A DNA stretch of 64,000 nucleotides, from assembly GCF_002571385.2 (NCBI RefSeq), contig NW_019218062.1, forward strand, positions 262,404-326,403, in the 5' to 3' direction. Shown one piece after another: positions 59,501 through 64,000 of the stretch. Within the stretch, counting starts at the first letter, position 1, and every line of letters starts with the position of its first letter. This stretch comes from Stylophora pistillata (taxonomy: Eukaryota). The translations under genes and the position numbers were made by a program. The notes under the pieces are model-generated. The model saw only the letters and a program-made list of their open reading frames with translations. It searched no databases and was not told the origin of the DNA.

Positions 59501-62406
59501 CTCCGGCGCCCGTAATTTCCCGGAGCTGCATGTCTATCCCCAACTCTCCTGGGTCTAGTGAAACTGGGATTCCATTTTGGCCGCGTTGTGAGCCGTTTCG
59601 TGGAAGTGGCATGCGTCAGTACAAGGCTGACCCCCTTGTTTAGCACAGCGTCTGACTCTCACGCATGCCACTCCGGCGCCCGTGAGTTCCCGGAGTTGCG
59701 CGTCTAGTCCCCAACTAACTCCCCTGGTTCTAGTGCACCTGGGATTCCATTCTGGCCGCGTTGTCATGCGTTTCGTGGAAGTGCCATGCGTGACTACAAG
59801 GCTCACCCCATTCTTTCGCAAATATGCCTCATAGTGCACAGCCTTTCACTCTCACGCATGCTACTCCGCTGCCCCTGATTTCCCTGAGTTGCGCGTCTAT
59901 TCCCCAACTAACTCCCCTGGGTCTAATGCATCTGGGATTCCATTTTGGCCGCGTTGTCATCCGTTTCGTGGAAGTGGCATGCGTGTGTACAAGGCTCATC
60001 CCCTTTTTTTCGCACGTGTGCCTCATAGTGGACAGCCTCTCACTCTCTCGCAAGCAACTCCGGCGCCCTTGACTTCCCAGAGTTGCGCGTCTACTCCCGA
60101 ACTAACTCCCCTGGATGTAGCGCACCTGGGATTCCATTTTGGCCGCGTTGTCATGCGTTTCGTGGAAGTGGCGTACGTGATTACAAGGCTCACCCCCTTC
60201 TTTTGCACATGTGCCTCACTCTAACGCATGCCACTCCGGCGCCCGTGACTTCCCGGAGTTGCACGTATATTCCCCAACTCCCCTGGGTGTAGTGCACCTG
60301 GGATTCCATTTTGGCCGCATTGTCATGCGTTCCGTGAAAGTGGCATGCGTGACTACAAGGCTCACCCCCTTCTTTCGCACATGTGCCTCACTCTTACGCA
60401 TGCCACTCCGGCGCCCGTAACTTCCCGGAGTTGCGCGTCTATTCCCCAACTCCTGTGGGTCTAGTGCACCTAGGATTCCATTTTGGCCGCGTTGTCATGC
60501 GTTTTGTGGAAGTGGCATGCGTGACTACAAGGCTCACCCCATTCTTTCGCACATGTGGCTCATAGTGCACAGCCTCTCACTCTCACGCATGCCACACCGC
60601 TGCCCCTGACTTCCCGGAGTTGCGCGTCTATTCCCCAACTAACTCCCCTGGGTCTAGTGTACCTGGGATTCCATTTTGGACGCGTTGTCATACGTTTCGT
60701 AGAAGTGGCATGCGTGAGTACAAGGCTTATGCCTTTCTTTCGCACATGTGCCTCATAGTGCACAGCCTCTCACTCTCACGCATGCCACTCCGGCGCGCGT
60801 GACCTCCCAGAGTTGCGCTTCTATTCCTCAACTAACTCCCCTGGGTCTAGTGCACTTGGGATTCCTTTTTGGCCGCGTTGTCATGCGTTTCGTGGAAGTG
60901 GCGTACGTGATTACAAGGCTCACCCCCTTCTTTTGCACATGTGCCTCACTCTAACGCATGCCACTCCGGCGCCCGTGACTTCCCGGAGTTGCACGTATAT
61001 TCCCCAACTCCCCTGGGTGTAGTGCACCTGGGATTCCATTTTGGCCGCATTGTCATGCGCTTCGTGGAAGTGTCATACGTGATTACAAGGCCCACCCCCT
61101 TCTTTCGCACATGTGCCTCACTCTCACACTTGCCACTCCGGCGCCCGTGACTTCCTGGAGTTGCGCGTCTATTCCCCAACTCCCCTGGGACTAGTGCACC
61201 TGGGATTCCATTTTGACCGCGTTGTCATTTGTTTCGCGGAAATGGCATGCGTGACTACCAGGCTCACCCCCTTCTTTCGCACCTGTGCCTCATAGTGAAC
61301 AGCCTCTCACTGTCACGCATGCCAGTCCACTGTCTCTGATTTCCCGGAGTTGCGCGTTTATTCCCCAACGAGCTCCCCTGGGTCTAGTGAACCTGGAATT
61401 TCATTTTGGCCGCGTTGTCTTGCGTTTCGTGGAAATGGCATGCGTGAGTACAAGGCTCACCCCCTTCTTTCGCACATGTGCCTCACTCTCACGCATGCCA
61501 CTCCGGCGCTCGTGACTTCCCGGAGTTGCGCGTCTATTCGCCAGGTCCCCTGGGTCTGGTGCATCTGGGATTCCACTCTCGCCGCGTCGTCCTGCGTTTC
61601 ATGGAAGTGGCATGCGTGAGTACAAAGCTCACCCCCTTCTTTCGCACATGTGCCTCATAGTGCACAGCTTCTCACTCTCACGCATGCTATTCCGCTGCCC
61701 CTGATTTCCCGGAATTGCGCATCTACTCCCCAACTAACTTCCCTGGATCTAGTGCACCTGGCATTCCATTTTGGCCGCGTTGTCATGCGTTTCGTGGAAG
61801 TGGCATGCGTGAGTACAAGGCTCATGCCCTTCTTTCGCGCATATGCCTCATAGTGCACAGCCTCTCCCTCTCACGCATGCCTTTCCGGCGCCCGTGACCT
61901 CCCAGAGTTGCGCGTCTATTCCCCAACTAACTCCCCTGGGTCTAGTGCATGTGAGATTCCATTTTGGCCGCGTTGTCATGCGTTTCGTGGAAGTGGCATG
62001 CGTGAGTACAAGGCTCACCCCCTTCTTTCGCACATGTGCCTCACTCTCACGCATGCCACTCCGGCGCTCGTGACTTCCCGGAGTTGCGCGTCTATTCCCC
62101 AACTCCCCTGGGTCTAGTGCACCTGGGATTTCATTTTGGCCGCGATGTCATGCGTTTCGTGGAAATGGCATGGGTGATTACAAAGCTCACCCCCTTCTTT
62201 CGCACATGTGCCTCACTATCACGCATGCCACTCCGGCGGCCGTGACCTCCCGCAGCTGCGCATGTATTCCCCCAACTAACTCCCCTGGGTCTAGTGAGCC
62301 TGGGATTCCATTTTGGCCGCGTTGTCATGCATTTCGTGGAAGTGGCGCGCGTGATTACAAGGCTCACCCCCCTCTTTCGCACATGTGCCTCACTCTGACG
62401 CATGCC
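56587..62406. repeat. Satellite array of about 32 monomers of 171-194 bp, with internal inverted repeats and higher-order periodicity
   Basis: Core monomer ctctcacgcatgccactccggcgcccgtgatttcccggagttgcgcgtctattccccaactcccctgggtctagtgcacctgggattccattttggccgcgttgtca(g/t)gcgtttcgtggaagtggcatgcgt...; 58101 to 58272 is 171 bp; longer variants add catgtgcctcatagtg and ctaa. Confidence 0.97.
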
Positions 62407-64000
62407 AGTAGTATGAAAAATAATGGCTGAGCTCATTTTCGATTTTGGTTAAGAATTTGATTTTGGATTTTGGTTAAAATTATCTTTTACGATAATTTTT
62501 AACCAAAAAACATCCTTTTACGATAAATTATTGCATGGCTACGATAATTTAGTACCTCTTTAAGCAGAGTTCTAACTCAAAATGGATAAATTATCGCGTG
62601 ATTACGATAATTTAGTATCCCTTTAAGCGGAGATCTGGCTCATTTTCGTTAAATTATCGTACTGTCACGATAATTTAGTACAAAATGATCTTTTCGCTTT
62701 ATTTCATAATAATTCAAATTATTCAGACCGGCTGGCGTTCGAATGAGTGTGTTTTCACTCTGTTTGAAAGAATAATTCGTTTGTCATCATCGGCGGACAA
62801 GGCGACTTTGTTAATCTCCTCCATACCCATCTCATGCTTTCGACCTCTGAGGGTATTTATCTTTCGATACTGTTTTCCACCACCAAACAGACATCTCTCA
62901 TAGTCATCCAAGCTCATGGTACTCTCCACAACTCCCGTCTTCACTCCCTTACACTTCTTCTTCTCATCTCCTCCATCAAACATCTTGTAACTGTACAGCT
63001 TCGCCCTCAGACCGACAAACTTCTCAATGATTTTTCCACCCGCCTCATCCTTGAACTTTCCAATAACTTTCTTGTTCACCCCAGTTGGTATCCCAGAAGA
63101 ATGCTCCTTTGGAATGTTGCTCGTGTCAAACAGAGAATCCACGTCATTAATTATATCTTTGTAAAAATCTTCGGTCTGAGTCTCATAGCAAAGAGTGTCA
63201 GTGTCGGTGAAGAGAAGCTCTGCTCTGTCTCCGTATTTGGATTTGATGTAGTTGTAATGAAAATCATACATCAGAGTCTTGCTGAGATCGAGGATACACA
63301 TTCCGAGATAGAGAGGTTTGTTGAAGAGAATTTGTGTCTTTCTCATCTCAATCGTGCAGAGATTCTCAGAGAAGATGGTGCAGTGTTTGAAGTTGACCTT
63401 ATTTACCAACTTCTCCGCCTTCTCTTCTGAGTTGACAAGTCTCACATCAACCCGTTTCCGAATATTCTCCATCGTCTTACCATATACAGAGTTGTTCATG
63501 AGTTTGAAAAAGTCTTTCTCAAAATCGTTATCAGCCTTAGCTCTCAACTCTGTGTTCAAATCGATATACTTTTTCATCCAAGGACTCTCTTCAAACCTGA
63601 TGATGCGGTGAATCTTTCCGATCTTAGCACCAAGACTCATGTAAAGCTTCAGTCTCACGGTGAATGATGTACTTCTTTTTACCATTCAAGGTGCAGACCA
63701 GCTTATGAACTTTACCAACCAACAAGTTCTCAGGAGCGAGGGGGTAGTCGTCAAAGTGATCGTACAGCTCTTTGTCGATAGGAAGCAAGTCAACCTTAAG
63801 AATACAAGGAAAATTCTTCCAATCTTCAAAGTCTTTCTCATCTACCCATTTGAAACCATGCGTTGGTAGACTCTTACTCATCGCCCAACCATAGAGGTTG
63901 TTTGCGTCAAGATATGTGATAAACTTTGAAGGTTTGCTCTTGTCAAACTTCTCACCCATGTATCTGTTGTTGGCTTTCGAGTATCTTTTCGTAACCATCG
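62407..64000. mobile_element. Terminus of a Polinton/Maverick (adintovirus-like) element
   Basis: Abrupt switch from satellite to AGTAGT; AT-rich ~300-bp subterminal region with repeated acgataa(t/a)tt motifs; intronless protein-primed PolB immediately inside. Confidence 0.78.
62723..64000 (-). pseudogene. polB: Polinton-type family B DNA polymerase, C-terminal part, frameshifted near 63651
   Basis: Motif A YLDANNLYGWAMS..LP..GFKW, motif B KLMNNSVYGKTMEN, motif C FTDTDTL, plus FVGLRAKLYSY and KCKGVK. The two ORFs join as YIIHRET|LKLYMSLG if 2 nt (CT) are restored. Confidence 0.9.

Noticed and set aside
56587-62406. Satellite as a hammerhead-ribozyme retrozyme array or CRISPR-like array
   Set aside because: The closest minus-strand motif is CTGACGC...CGAAAC, not CTGANGA, and no stem II forms. 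There are no unique spacers between repeats and no cas genes. An Infernal search would settle the ribozyme question.
56518-62436. Many ORFs of up to 294 aa with a repeated 57-aa unit (..HLGFHFGRVV..VACV..)
   Set aside because: A by-product of a 171-bp monomer lacking stops in one frame. Neighbouring monomers carry frame-breaking indels (172, 190, 194 bp), and there is no start or splice context.

Overview
This is eukaryotic, intron-rich genomic DNA, most likely a stony coral or other anthozoan (inferred from the minicollagen-type cysteine-rich domains and the repeat types). 246-14852 (+) holds the last 30 exons of EFTUD2/Snu114 (U5 snRNP 116 kDa GTPase), with SINE/MITE-filled introns and a 718-nt assembly gap. 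17.7-55 kb is a cluster of secreted-protein genes that looks like a cnidocyte/nematocyst locus. It contains: (i) a ~1072-aa protein with many acidic Ser-Gly sites and a divergent SUEL/Gal-lectin domain; (ii) four minicollagen-CRD/polyproline genes with no collagen triple helix, three of which carry Pro-delimited His/Val/Thr-rich blocks; (iii) a small pre-pro VWC-like 12-Cys protein and the 3' exon of a probable convergent paralog. Two tRNA-Gly(GCC) copies, two decayed tRNA-Cys(GCA) copies and several TIR elements are interspersed. 56587-62406 is a ~171-194-bp satellite with higher-order repeats. It is cut at 62407 by an AGTAGT terminus of a Polinton/Maverick-like element whose protein-primed PolB gene (one frameshift) runs off the window. 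Exon structures were read by eye from splice signals and frame continuity; no database search was run.
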